Shown piece by piece: positions 44,522 through 53,016 of a DNA stretch of 64,000 nucleotides. The stretch's first letter is position 1, and every line of letters begins with the position of its first letter. This DNA is from an uncultured Anaerotruncus sp. Lineage in GTDB: Bacteria; Bacillota; Clostridia; Oscillospirales; CAG-272. The notes beneath the pieces are model-generated. The model did no database searches and was not told where the DNA came from. It saw nothing but the letters and a program-made list of their open reading frames with translations. The stretch covers positions 38,134-102,133 of the forward strand of contig CABPZE010000005.1 of assembly GCA_902461815.1 (NCBI GenBank), in the 5' to 3' direction. A program made the translations under genes and the position numbers.

Positions 44522-46711
44522 ATGAGAAAAAACATTACTGCTATCATCGTTCCGCTGCTTCTGGCGGTACTTGCTGTCATCTTTTCTTCCTGCGGACCGG
44601 AAGAGATACCCGAGACCCCAAAGATCGAGCTTGATCTTGCCTGTTACACGGTAATACGCCCCGAAAGCGCTTCAAAAAATCTGATAAGCGGCGCGCTTGA
44701 AGTGCGCAAGTCGCTTTACGCCTTCAACGAGAGCGCGCTGATATCCGAGGACTGGCTTCAGCCCGGCGTCTCCCCGGATGATGCGGCGTATGAAATACTT
44801 GTAGGCAAGACCAACCGCCCGCAGTCTGAGGAGGCTATGTCCGGAGTCGGCGCAGACGGCGCGCATTATGTTGTCGCCGCGATCGGAAACAAGATCGTGA
44901 TAAACGGCACAAACGAGGACGCTGTGCTCCTCGGCGTGAGGTATTTCATAGACGAGCTGCTGCCGCAGGCTAAGGAGGGCAAGCTGACGCTTGATGAGGG
45001 CTTTTGCCACATCAGCGACGCACTGACTGTGGTGAACCTTGTCTCGGACAACAAGCTGACCTACAACATAGTATACTCGCAAAAGCTCGACAACATAGCA
45101 AATCCGAGCGAGACCTCCGACCGCACCGATTTTATTGTATCAAAGGCGTATGAGCTGAGAAGTATGTTCAACGAAGTGCTTGGCAATAAGCCGCTCACCT
45201 CAGACGACTGGCTGATGCCCGACCTTGTTCCCGCGGAGCAGACCGAAATACTTGTAGGCAAAGTCGATCGTGAGGAATACGCCGGATTTCTTTCCGAGCT
45301 TGGCTTCAATGAATACGGCTACGCCGTGATAGGAAACAAGATAGTGATAGCCGGCTGGACCGAAACCGACATCGGTCTTGCGTGCGATATGTTTGCCTCT
45401 CAAGCGCGCTCCCTCATGTCGAAAAACGAAAACGGGGAAATAAGCCTTACCTTCCTTGAAGGCACAAGACGTATCGCAAAGGCGTCCGACAGATACATCG
45501 ACTTCCCCGCATACGAGGGAGGCAGCCTTTACGGGCTTTACGACGCCGGATATCAGAATATCGAGTTTTACTACACCGAGACCACGCAGGATGAATACCT
45601 TGCTTACAGAGCAAAGCTTGAAAATGAGGGCTTCAGGCTTGAAGCGGAAAACACCATAGGGAACAATCTTTACGCCACCTATGTTTCGAACAAAGGAATG
45701 CTTTATGTCTACTATATTGAATACGAAAAAGCCGTGCGGATAATCTCCTGCCCCACCGGAGCGTATTCTCTGCCCGCATTTCAGCCCGAAAATATCACCA
45801 AGATCACCGAGCCGAAGCTGACACAGATGTCCATGAACTACGCCTCGGGCAACTTCGGAATGTGCTACATCCTGACGCTTGAGGACGGCAGTTTTATCCT
45901 GATAGACGGCGGCGGAACGACCGGAGATGACCACATTAAGCTGTATTCGTTGCTGCAGGAGCTGAACGAACGTCCCGACGGTAAAATAGTAATAGCCGGC
46001 TGGATACTTACCCACGAGCACTGGGACCACTTCGGCGTGTTCTACAACTTCTGCCGCGCCTTCGGCTCGAAAGTGACCATAGACGGCTTTTACTGCAACA
46101 CCGCCGCGGAATCCTCCGTTTACAATTCCGGAGACCCCAACTACTATGTCAAAGAACAGCTTGCCAGAGCGATGGACTCTGCCGGAATAAAAAAGAAATA
46201 CGTAATACACAGCGGTCAGAAATACTACATCAGAAATGTTGAGCTTACCTGCCTTTACACGCAGGAGGACAGCTACCCCAACATCATTCACCTTTTCAAT
46301 GAGACTTCAATGGTAACGCGCATCGTGCTTGGCGGACAGAAAATAATGATCCTTGGCGACTCCAACGACAAAGCCTCCGATAAGATGTATCGCCGCTACA
46401 AGGACGTGGAGATAACCGAAGCGGACGGAAGCCGTGTCGGTTTCCTCAAGTGCGACATCATGCAGGTGGCACATCACGGCTGGAACGGCGTAAGGCTTAA
46501 TCTGTATGCACAGATCGCAGCTCCGGTCGCCTTCTGGCCGACGCCGGAAGATCAGTTCCGTAAAATGACCTCCGGCATCACCTCAACTTACTACTATGAA
46601 GCTGACAACTATATTGCAAATACGCTTAAAGCTTACTCAATAACCGCAAACAGCTCTGTAACCGTCACGCTTCCCTTCAAAGCGGGAGACCCCCAGACCG
46701 TGCGCGGCTGA
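44522..46711 (+). CDS. Lipoprotein: duplicated N-terminal domain + C-terminal metallo-beta-lactamase-fold (ComEC-type) hydrolase domain
   Basis: 729 aa. Lipobox FSSC. Internal repeat: SEDWLQPGVSPDDAAYEILVGKTNR..YVVAAIGNKIVINGTNEDAV versus SDDWLMPDLVPAEQTEILVGKVDR..YAVIGNKIVIAGWTETDI. MBL motifs ILIDGGG, LTHEHWDHFG, MQVAHHGWNG. Confidence 0.75.
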   Translation: MRKNITAIIVPLLLAVLAVIFSSCGPEEIPETPKIELDLACYTVIRPESASKNLISGALEVRKSLYAFNESALISEDWLQPGVSPDDAAYEILVGKTNRPQSEEAMSGVGADGAHYVVAAIGNKIVINGTNEDAVLLGVRYFIDELLPQAKEGKLTLDEGFCHISDALTVVNLVSDNKLTYNIVYSQKLDNIANPSETSDRTDFIVSKAYELRSMFNEVLGNKPLTSDDWLMPDLVPAEQTEILVGKVDREEYAGFLSELGFNEYGYAVIGNKIVIAGWTETDIGLACDMFASQARSLMSKNENGEISLTFLEGTRRIAKASDRYIDFPAYEGGSLYGLYDAGYQNIEFYYTETTQDEYLAYRAKLENEGFRLEAENTIGNNLYATYVSNKGMLYVYYIEYEKAVRIISCPTGAYSLPAFQPENITKITEPKLTQMSMNYASGNFGMCYILTLEDGSFILIDGGGTTGDDHIKLYSLLQELNERPDGKIVIAGWILTHEHWDHFGVFYNFCRAFGSKVTIDGFYCNTAAESSVYNSGDPNYYVKEQLARAMDSAGIKKKYVIHSGQKYYIRNVELTCLYTQEDSYPNIIHLFNETSMVTRIVLGGQKIMILGDSNDKASDKMYRRYKDVEITEADGSRVGFLKCDIMQVAHHGWNGVRLNLYAQIAAPVAFWPTPEDQFRKMTSGITSTYYYEADNYIANTLKAYSITANSSVTVTLPFKAGDPQTVRG

Positions 46712-46745
46712 ACGATTCAATATTAATATTTCATAATTTCATAGG

Positions 46746-46774
46746 TTGACAAACATCCGTATTTGTGATAAAAT
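46746..46774 (+). promoter_or_regulatory. Sigma-A-type promoter of the GLUG-repeat lipoprotein gene
   Basis: TTGACA, 17-nt spacer, TAAAAT with TGa extended -10. Confidence 0.55.
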
Positions 46775-46828
46775 CTAAGAAATAGGAATATGTAACGTTC
46801 CGATAATAATCGAAAGGATGCAATTCAG

Positions 46829-48211
46829 ATGAAAAATATCAGAATCCTATCTCTTGTCATCGCTGCTATAACATTGCTGACACTGTGTGCCTGTAACCCC
46901 GGCGGCACGCCTGCACAGTCAAGCGCCGACCCTGCCGAGACCACAGCAACGCCTCCGGAACAGACATCCGCTTCCACCACCCAAGCGCCTGAAACCACAA
47001 AGAAGCCCGAAACCACAAAAGCTCCGGAGATCTCCACCGAGCCAGAGCAGACATATGCAACTCCTGCCACTGTTGACGGAGTATATCAGCTCTCCACAAT
47101 TGATGACCTGTTCTGGTTTATGGAAGACGGTCCCCGCGACGGCAAGTATGCTCTCATAAACGACATTGTCTTCAATGACGTCGCCAACATAGCCGAATGG
47201 TCGATAGAAAACCAGCCCAAAAACGTCTGGAATCCCATTGGAAACACCTTTGCCCCCTTCAGCGGCAGCTTTAACGGCAACGGTCACACAATTACCGGTC
47301 TTTATGTACTCGGAGCAGGAAATGTCGGAATGTTCGGCGCCTGCACTAATGCCGTTATTGAAAACATAATAATCGCCAGCGGCCGCGTTTTATCAACCGA
47401 CTCCAACACCGGCGCTTTCATCGGTACATACGACGGAACCGACAATGTTCTGCGCAACTGTGTCAACAACGCCGATGTATACGGCTACGCCTATGTCGGC
47501 GGTCTTGTCGGCAAATATATTTCCTACCCCGGCTCAAACATCCTTATTGAAAACTGCGTAAACCGCGGAAGCGTGACCGGCTCCAAGCCCGCAGCGGCAG
47601 TTTATGTCGGCGGCATCATTCCCGCAGTTATAGGCGCACAGGTAAAGAACTGCGCCAACTTCGGAACTATCATGGCAGGTCTGCTTGACAACCCGCTGTA
47701 CGAAACCAGCGGATGCGCGCTTGTAGGCGGCATCGGCGGCGTTATGGGCGGATCAAAATCCGAAAACGACCTTATCTCCAACTGCTACAATGCAGGTACA
47801 GTCATAAGCTGCAACTACGGCCTTAACTCCAACAAGGGAACAGCCGCCGCCGGCGGAATCATCGGAAGAATGAACGGCACTACTGATGTCTGCAAAATTG
47901 AAAACTGCTACAGCACCGGAAACGTCTACACTCTCAGCGCCGAATCACTTCAGGTCAGCGCGACCTGTGTGACCAAGAGCGGAGTCGACTACGCGAGCAA
48001 CGTATATACCTCCGGAAAGGTACTTGTCTGGAAGACCGAGGCTGAAAACCCCAATGCTCAGATCCCTGCCTGCGGTTCACCTGAGGTAAACACCGGTATC
48101 GGTGCGGTAAGCGCCATGAACCTCGACCCGCTCGTATGGACCGATTCGCTTGACGGCGCTCCCATCCTCTCCTCGATCCCCGCTGAATATCAGCTTCCTC
48201 TGAGCAACTGA
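46829..48211 (+). CDS. Lipoprotein with Pro/Thr-rich linker and GLUG-motif repeats
   Basis: 460 aa. Lipobox LCAC. Linker PETTKKPETTKAPE. Repeated G-rich motifs YVGGLVG, VYVGGIIP, LVGGIGGVMGG, AAGGIIG separated by N/C-containing turns (NCVN.., NCAN.., NCYN.., NCYS..). Confidence 0.7.
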   Translation: MKNIRILSLVIAAITLLTLCACNPGGTPAQSSADPAETTATPPEQTSASTTQAPETTKKPETTKAPEISTEPEQTYATPATVDGVYQLSTIDDLFWFMEDGPRDGKYALINDIVFNDVANIAEWSIENQPKNVWNPIGNTFAPFSGSFNGNGHTITGLYVLGAGNVGMFGACTNAVIENIIIASGRVLSTDSNTGAFIGTYDGTDNVLRNCVNNADVYGYAYVGGLVGKYISYPGSNILIENCVNRGSVTGSKPAAAVYVGGIIPAVIGAQVKNCANFGTIMAGLLDNPLYETSGCALVGGIGGVMGGSKSENDLISNCYNAGTVISCNYGLNSNKGTAAAGGIIGRMNGTTDVCKIENCYSTGNVYTLSAESLQVSATCVTKSGVDYASNVYTSGKVLVWKTEAENPNAQIPACGSPEVNTGIGAVSAMNLDPLVWTDSLDGAPILSSIPAEYQLPLSN

Positions 48212-48231
48212 AAAGCAAATTAACATAGTTT

Positions 48232-48270
48232 ACGGGCTGTCGCTTGACGCGACAGCCCGTTTCTTTTATT
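48232..48270 (+). terminator. Intrinsic terminator
   Basis: ACGGGCTGTCGC-TTGAC-GCGACAGCCCGT, then TTCTTTTATT. Confidence 0.85.
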
Positions 48271-48298
48271 GCTATCATGTGACCTGTGACCCGAAACC

Positions 48299-49390
48299 TT
48301 ACCAGCGGTCGCTGCCGTCATCGGGAATGACCTTTTTGAGGGCGGCTATCGCGCATTCGATCATTCCGTCGTCAGGCTCGCGGGTGGTTATATGCTGAAG
48401 CCACTGACCGGGAGCGGAAATTATCCTTGTAAACAGATTGTCATGTCTGCCGGCGAGCTTCAGAAGCTCGTAGCCTATGCCCATGATTATCGGGAGAAGC
48501 AATACGCCTATGACAGAACGAAGCACAACATTAAGCACACGGTTGGCAACGAGAGTCGAAGGTATGAACATTGTAATGAAGATCGAGACAAGAACCATAA
48601 GGATCAGGAAGGATGTGCCGCAGCGGGGGTGAAAGCGCTTTTGCATCCTGACGTTCTCAACGGTCAGCTCAAGCCCCTTTTCATAGCAGAAGATCGTTTT
48701 ATGCTCTGCGCCGTGATACATAAACGTGCGCTTTATATCCTTCATCAGCGAGATAATCGCCATATATGCCACAAGAATGATTATCTTGACCACACCGGTA
48801 AACGCGGCACGTATGAGCGAATAGCCATAACCGGGGTTGCTGAGCACCGGGAAAGCACGGGTAAGCAGCTCGTACAGCGTTTCCGGTATGACCTTGAACA
48901 GGAACAGCGCCAGCGCCACGCCAAGCACCGCCGCGCAGACCATCATCGCCGTCATAACGCCGGAGGATACCTCGCCGGATCTCTTTTCTTCTGCGGCAGG
49001 CTTTTCTTTTTCTTCTCCGCTTACGGGTGCGGGGCTATCGTTTTCCGGGACGGCTCCGCTCGCCTCAGCCGACGCGCTCTCATCCTTGGCGGGATCTGCC
49101 TCCGGCACAGACTCGTCAAGCCCCGCGATCTCGGCAGAGCGCATGAGGGTCTTATACCCCATGACCATTGAATCTATAAAATTGAACACACCGCGGATGA
49201 TGGGCAGCTTTGTGATCTTGGGACGTGTATTCTTCTTATTGTTCCATTCCTCAAGACACATACTTCCGTCCGGACGGCGGACAGCCATCGCAGTCTTTGC
49301 CGGCCCCCGCATCATGATTCCCTCAAGCAGCGCCTGTCCGCCGATCGAGGTCTTCATCGCGCATGATCTGTTATCATCTTTTTTAGCCAT
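48299..49390 (-). CDS. DUF1385-family membrane protein (YqhQ-like)
   Basis: 363 aa. GGQALLEGIMMRGP signature, HGAEHK motif, several TM helices. Acidic low-complexity insert of about 50 aa. Confidence 0.8.
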   Translation of the reverse strand: MAKKDDNRSCAMKTSIGGQALLEGIMMRGPAKTAMAVRRPDGSMCLEEWNNKKNTRPKITKLPIIRGVFNFIDSMVMGYKTLMRSAEIAGLDESVPEADPAKDESASAEASGAVPENDSPAPVSGEEKEKPAAEEKRSGEVSSGVMTAMMVCAAVLGVALALFLFKVIPETLYELLTRAFPVLSNPGYGYSLIRAAFTGVVKIIILVAYMAIISLMKDIKRTFMYHGAEHKTIFCYEKGLELTVENVRMQKRFHPRCGTSFLILMVLVSIFITMFIPSTLVANRVLNVVLRSVIGVLLLPIIMGIGYELLKLAGRHDNLFTRIISAPGQWLQHITTREPDDGMIECAIAALKKVIPDDGSDRW

Positions 49391-49764
49391 ATGTGATATT
49401 CCTTTCAGGTCTTACCGCTTTGTATATATTATTATAATCCATATTTATGAACGTCCGATGAATTATTATGTATCGTGTTGTGTAATATGAACATCATTAA
49501 CCAAAGCGATGCGTCGTAATTGCCGATAATGCCTGTTTGCAAAAGGTCAGGGCAGTAGAGCGATGATCCCGCCTCCGGGTCTCCGGAGCAACGCCGGACG
49601 TCTGCGCAAGCCTCAAAAAAGCTCCGACAAAAAAACGCAATACACAACATATTGTTATTCCACAGCGCCTGCAAGTACACATATTGGGTACTATGTGGCA
49701 TAATTTGGTAATTATCAACAATCCCCGCTTGTCATTTTTGTGCAATATTTTTCGTATTTTGACT

Positions 49765-49793
49765 TGCAAATATTGGTATTATTTGGTATAATA
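49765..49793 (+). promoter_or_regulatory. Sigma-A-type promoter upstream of spo0A
   Basis: TTGCAA, 17-nt spacer, TGgTATAAT (extended -10). A TGTCAAA sequence (49799-49805, one mismatch to the 0A-box TGTCGAA) lies just downstream. Confidence 0.5.
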
Positions 49794-49830
49794 GTGTTGT
49801 CAAATCCAAGAACATAACGGAGGAAGAAAA

Positions 49831-50613
49831 ATGGACAACACAACAAAAATTCTTATAGCGGATGAAAATCAGACATCAAGACAGACAATTGCCGACGGAC
49901 TGCGGCGCGCGGGCTTTGGCGCGATATATGAGGCGTCGAACGGCGAGGAAGCGCTCGAACTCATCTCCCGCCTGCATCCTGCGGTGGCGCTTGTCGACGT
50001 GTGGCTTTCAAAGCTCGACGGCATCGGCGTGTTGCGCGGTGCGCGCAGCATGAGCTTTGAGCCGGATGAGCCTCCGGCATTTATGATACTTTCGATGGTA
50101 TCAAGTCAGAACCTATTTGTTGAAGCCATGAATGCCGGTGCCGAGCTTTGCCTGCTGAAGCCGGTTGACTGCGACAGCCTTGCCGACCACATAAAGAGCA
50201 TCACCCGCACACGTGCGGCAAAGGCTCAGGGACGACAGGCAGTCGATCAGGATCGCACCCCCGACATTGAAACGCAGGTCACAAAGATCATACACCAGAT
50301 CGGCGTTCCGGCGCACATCAAGGGTTATCAGTATCTGCGTACCGCAATTCTTATGACGGTGCGGGACAGCGACGTCATCAATTCCGTTACCAAGGTACTC
50401 TACCCCACGGTCGCCAAGAAATATCAGACCACGACCTCCCGCGTTGAGCGCGCCATACGCCACGCCATCGAGGTGGCATGGGATCGCGGCGATGTCGAAA
50501 CGCTGAACTCCTATTTCGGCTATACCATACAGAACAGCCGCGGCAAGCCTACGAACTCGGAATTTATTGCAATGATAGCAGATAACCTCAGACTCAAGTA
50601 CAAGCTGTATTAA
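49831..50613 (+). CDS. spo0A: Sporulation master regulator Spo0A
   Basis: 260 aa. Receiver domain ([22 protein letters not shown]). Diagnostic Spo0A C-terminal domain [50 protein letters not shown]. Confidence 0.95.
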   Translation: MDNTTKILIADENQTSRQTIADGLRRAGFGAIYEASNGEEALELISRLHPAVALVDVWLSKLDGIGVLRGARSMSFEPDEPPAFMILSMVSSQNLFVEAMNAGAELCLLKPVDCDSLADHIKSITRTRAAKAQGRQAVDQDRTPDIETQVTKIIHQIGVPAHIKGYQYLRTAILMTVRDSDVINSVTKVLYPTVAKKYQTTTSRVERAIRHAIEVAWDRGDVETLNSYFGYTIQNSRGKPTNSEFIAMIADNLRLKYKLY

Positions 50614-50623
50614 AAGTAGAAAA

Positions 50624-50660
50624 CCGGGCTGCGGCGAAGCGCCGAAGCCCGGAAATTTTT
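50624..50660. terminator. Bidirectional intrinsic terminator between spo0A and the convergent spoVB-like gene
   Basis: CCGGGCT-G-CGGCG-AAG-CGCCG-A-AGCCCGG, flanked by A-rich sequence upstream and TTTTT downstream. Confidence 0.8.
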
Positions 50661-50712
50661 GAAGCCGTATATATTCGTACCGCCGCAGAGCCATATGACA
50701 TCATACGGCAAG

Positions 50713-52311
50713 TCAGGTCATTTCCTCTTTTTTTCTCCGTATACCGAGAGAGCGGCAAAGCCATACCGAAATTTCTGTATCAACGCACCCCGTCGCACGC
50801 AGAAGGAGTGTAAACAATACCAGCGTCAGCCCCATATGACAAGTCAGCGTCAGCCATGCAGGGCAGCCCTCCGGCACAGGAGGCAGAAGCATAAGCAGCA
50901 TTCTTGCCGTTGACGCCGCGCCTATCACGCAAAGCACCGGGGCAAATACCCAGCTCAGCACCCGCGGACGCATGGCACTCACGCGCAAGAGCCGCGCGGC
51001 GCTGAGTGCAAAATTTATCAGCTCGCTTATGTAAAGCACCGCGATATAACCGGAGATCCCATACCTTGGAACCAATATCCATACCAGCCCCGCGGAAAGC
51101 GCCGCGTCGGCAATATTCACATTCATGGTGTAGACCTGCTCGCCAAGTCCCTTTAGCATCGAATCGGTCACGGTGTCAAGGTACATCACCGGCATGAGCG
51201 GTCCCAACAGCCTGATAAACCGCGCGGCGTCAGCCGAGCCGTAAAGGGCATATCCCAGCTCATCGGCAAAGCAGATAAGCAACCCGGCAACACCCGTTCC
51301 GAATATGATCGTCAGCCTCCATACCCGCCCCGAAATATAGCTTATGCGATGTCGCTGTTCAAGAGATGCGGCGGCGGTCAGCTCGGGAACAAGCAAGCCT
51401 GTAAAGGAATATATCACGGCGTACGGGAACATCACCACAGGCATGACCATTGCGTTAAGCATACCGTACTCGGCAAGCGCGCCGCCGCGTGTAGCGCCGT
51501 ATTTTTCAAGTCCCGACGGAATGAGAATATGCTCTACGGTCGTCAAGCCGGAGCGCACATAAGCGCTAAACGCCACCGGAAGCGCTGTTGAAAGCAGTCG
51601 CCGGGTGCTTTCCCTGCCGCTTATCGTCGGTTTGCCATTTCCTATATGACGGCGAAGGTCAGACACATAAAGAATTGCCCCCACAAGGCAGGAGAAAATT
51701 TCGGATATCGCCCCGCCAAGCACAAGCGCGGTACAGCACCACTCGACGCCAAGCGGCAGCAGTCGCACAAGAAGCGCGGAAACCGCAAATATCTTTACAG
51801 ACTGCTCGCACACCTGCGAGAGCGCGCTTTTCCATACCCGCCTTACCGCCGAGAAATATCCTGACAGCGCCGAGGAAACGGATATCGCCGGGAGCGATAT
51901 TCCCAGAAGGCGCAACGGACGCACCGTCCGCGCATCCCCGAGAATGTGCAGACCTATCGCCTTTGCCGAAAAGATCAGCAGCAGTGCCGCAAGCGTGCCA
52001 AACCCGGCAGCATATAGAAGTGCGCGTCTGAGCGCCGCTCTTGCGTTACCGCCTCCGCGCTCCTCGCCAGCCCCAAGCGCCTGTGCGACGGTACGTGTGG
52101 CTGCCAGATTGACGCCTGAGGTTGCAAGCGTCAGCGCAAATCCCCACACGCCGGTGCAGAGCGAGTAAAGTCCCATTACCTCCGCCCCGACGCGGTTGGA
52201 TATCCATACACTGAAGCTGACTCCGACCGCGCGCATCAGTATTGCCGCCGCGGACAAAAGGAGCGAATTGTATATCAGCGATCTTGCGCGGCTCTGCGCT
52301 TTTTCGGGCAT
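50713..52311 (-). CDS. spoVB: Stage V sporulation protein B-like MOP-family flippase
   Basis: 532 aa, about 14 TM helices, polysaccharide-biosynthesis/MurJ-like. The symbol is tentative (paralogue of the 24679 gene). Confidence 0.7.
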   Translation of the reverse strand: MPEKAQSRARSLIYNSLLLSAAAILMRAVGVSFSVWISNRVGAEVMGLYSLCTGVWGFALTLATSGVNLAATRTVAQALGAGEERGGGNARAALRRALLYAAGFGTLAALLLIFSAKAIGLHILGDARTVRPLRLLGISLPAISVSSALSGYFSAVRRVWKSALSQVCEQSVKIFAVSALLVRLLPLGVEWCCTALVLGGAISEIFSCLVGAILYVSDLRRHIGNGKPTISGRESTRRLLSTALPVAFSAYVRSGLTTVEHILIPSGLEKYGATRGGALAEYGMLNAMVMPVVMFPYAVIYSFTGLLVPELTAAASLEQRHRISYISGRVWRLTIIFGTGVAGLLICFADELGYALYGSADAARFIRLLGPLMPVMYLDTVTDSMLKGLGEQVYTMNVNIADAALSAGLVWILVPRYGISGYIAVLYISELINFALSAARLLRVSAMRPRVLSWVFAPVLCVIGAASTARMLLMLLPPVPEGCPAWLTLTCHMGLTLVLFTLLLRATGCVDTEISVWLCRSLGIRRKKEEMT

Positions 52312-52392
52312 CGGCGTTTCCTCTCTCTCGGTATGCTTGACTTCTTTAATGATTTTATGCTTGAGGAAAAGGAAAAATAACGCGCATCTGTC

Positions 52393-52839
52393 TTATCCGC
52401 CGAACACAAAACGTCGAAGCAGATCGCACACCGGGTGTATTATAAATCCAAGCAGAAACCACAAAAGCGAAAACGGCAGACATATCTGCCCCCAGAGCGA
52501 CAGCGGGAGTCTGCTATAATCCCACACCTCAAGCCCCAGACCGAGGTTGACAATACACCCCGTTATAAGCTCAGCCGCAGTTATGATAATCGCGCCAAAC
52601 AGTGCGCGAAGCACCAGCGGAAGCGCACTGTATTTTTCTGTCCTCTGAAGCTCATACATAATAAGAAAACACACTCCGCCGCATATTGCCATTGATATGT
52701 GTGTTCTGCCGCGCCAAAGTACCTCCAGGGCGCAGTACACCACCCCGCCGAAAAACAGAACCAACAGCACCTCGGCAATGTGTGAAGAAAAGAATGCACC
52801 CGCTGCGACGGGAGCTTTTTTTGTTTGTCCGACTTCCAT
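52393..52839 (-). CDS. Small polytopic membrane protein, PF06541-like ('putative ABC-transporter type IV')
   Basis: The track ORF starts at 52929. I prefer ATG 52839 (MEVGQTKK) behind AAGGGTGGA. Motif YCALEVLWRGRTHISMAICGG. Confidence 0.6.
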   Translation of the reverse strand: MEVGQTKKAPVAAGAFFSSHIAEVLLVLFFGGVVYCALEVLWRGRTHISMAICGGVCFLIMYELQRTEKYSALPLVLRALFGAIIITAAELITGCIVNLGLGLEVWDYSRLPLSLWGQICLPFSLLWFLLGFIIHPVCDLLRRFVFGG

Positions 52840-52953
52840 TATATTTCCACCCTTCGAGATCAACTGACAGATGATTTTTTGCCCGCGCCGGGGAATTTGA
52901 TACGGAAAAAGTGAAAAAATCATGTTCAAAAGCGATTAAAAGCCCTTTTTTTA

Positions 52954-52982
52954 TTGCAACCCGGGAGGATATGAGGTATAAT
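52954..52982 (+). promoter_or_regulatory. Sigma-A-type promoter of rhaA
   Basis: TTGCAA, 17-nt spacer, TATAAT. Confidence 0.55.
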
Positions 52983-53016
52983 AAACATACAAGTATTGAA
53001 AGGTCGGTATTTATTT

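Noticed and set aside
46900-47070. Short DNA repeats (ccgaaaccacaaa..) and similar Ser/Thr/Pro/Asp-coding repeats at 20480-20650; the polypurine tract at 13130-13215.
   Set aside because: They are in frame within lipoprotein linker regions or the charged tail of the ABC exporter (PETTKKPETTKAPE, TSDTSDISDTDTPE, KKAEEKKK). These are low-complexity coding sequence, not CRISPR, transposon ends or regulatory repeats.
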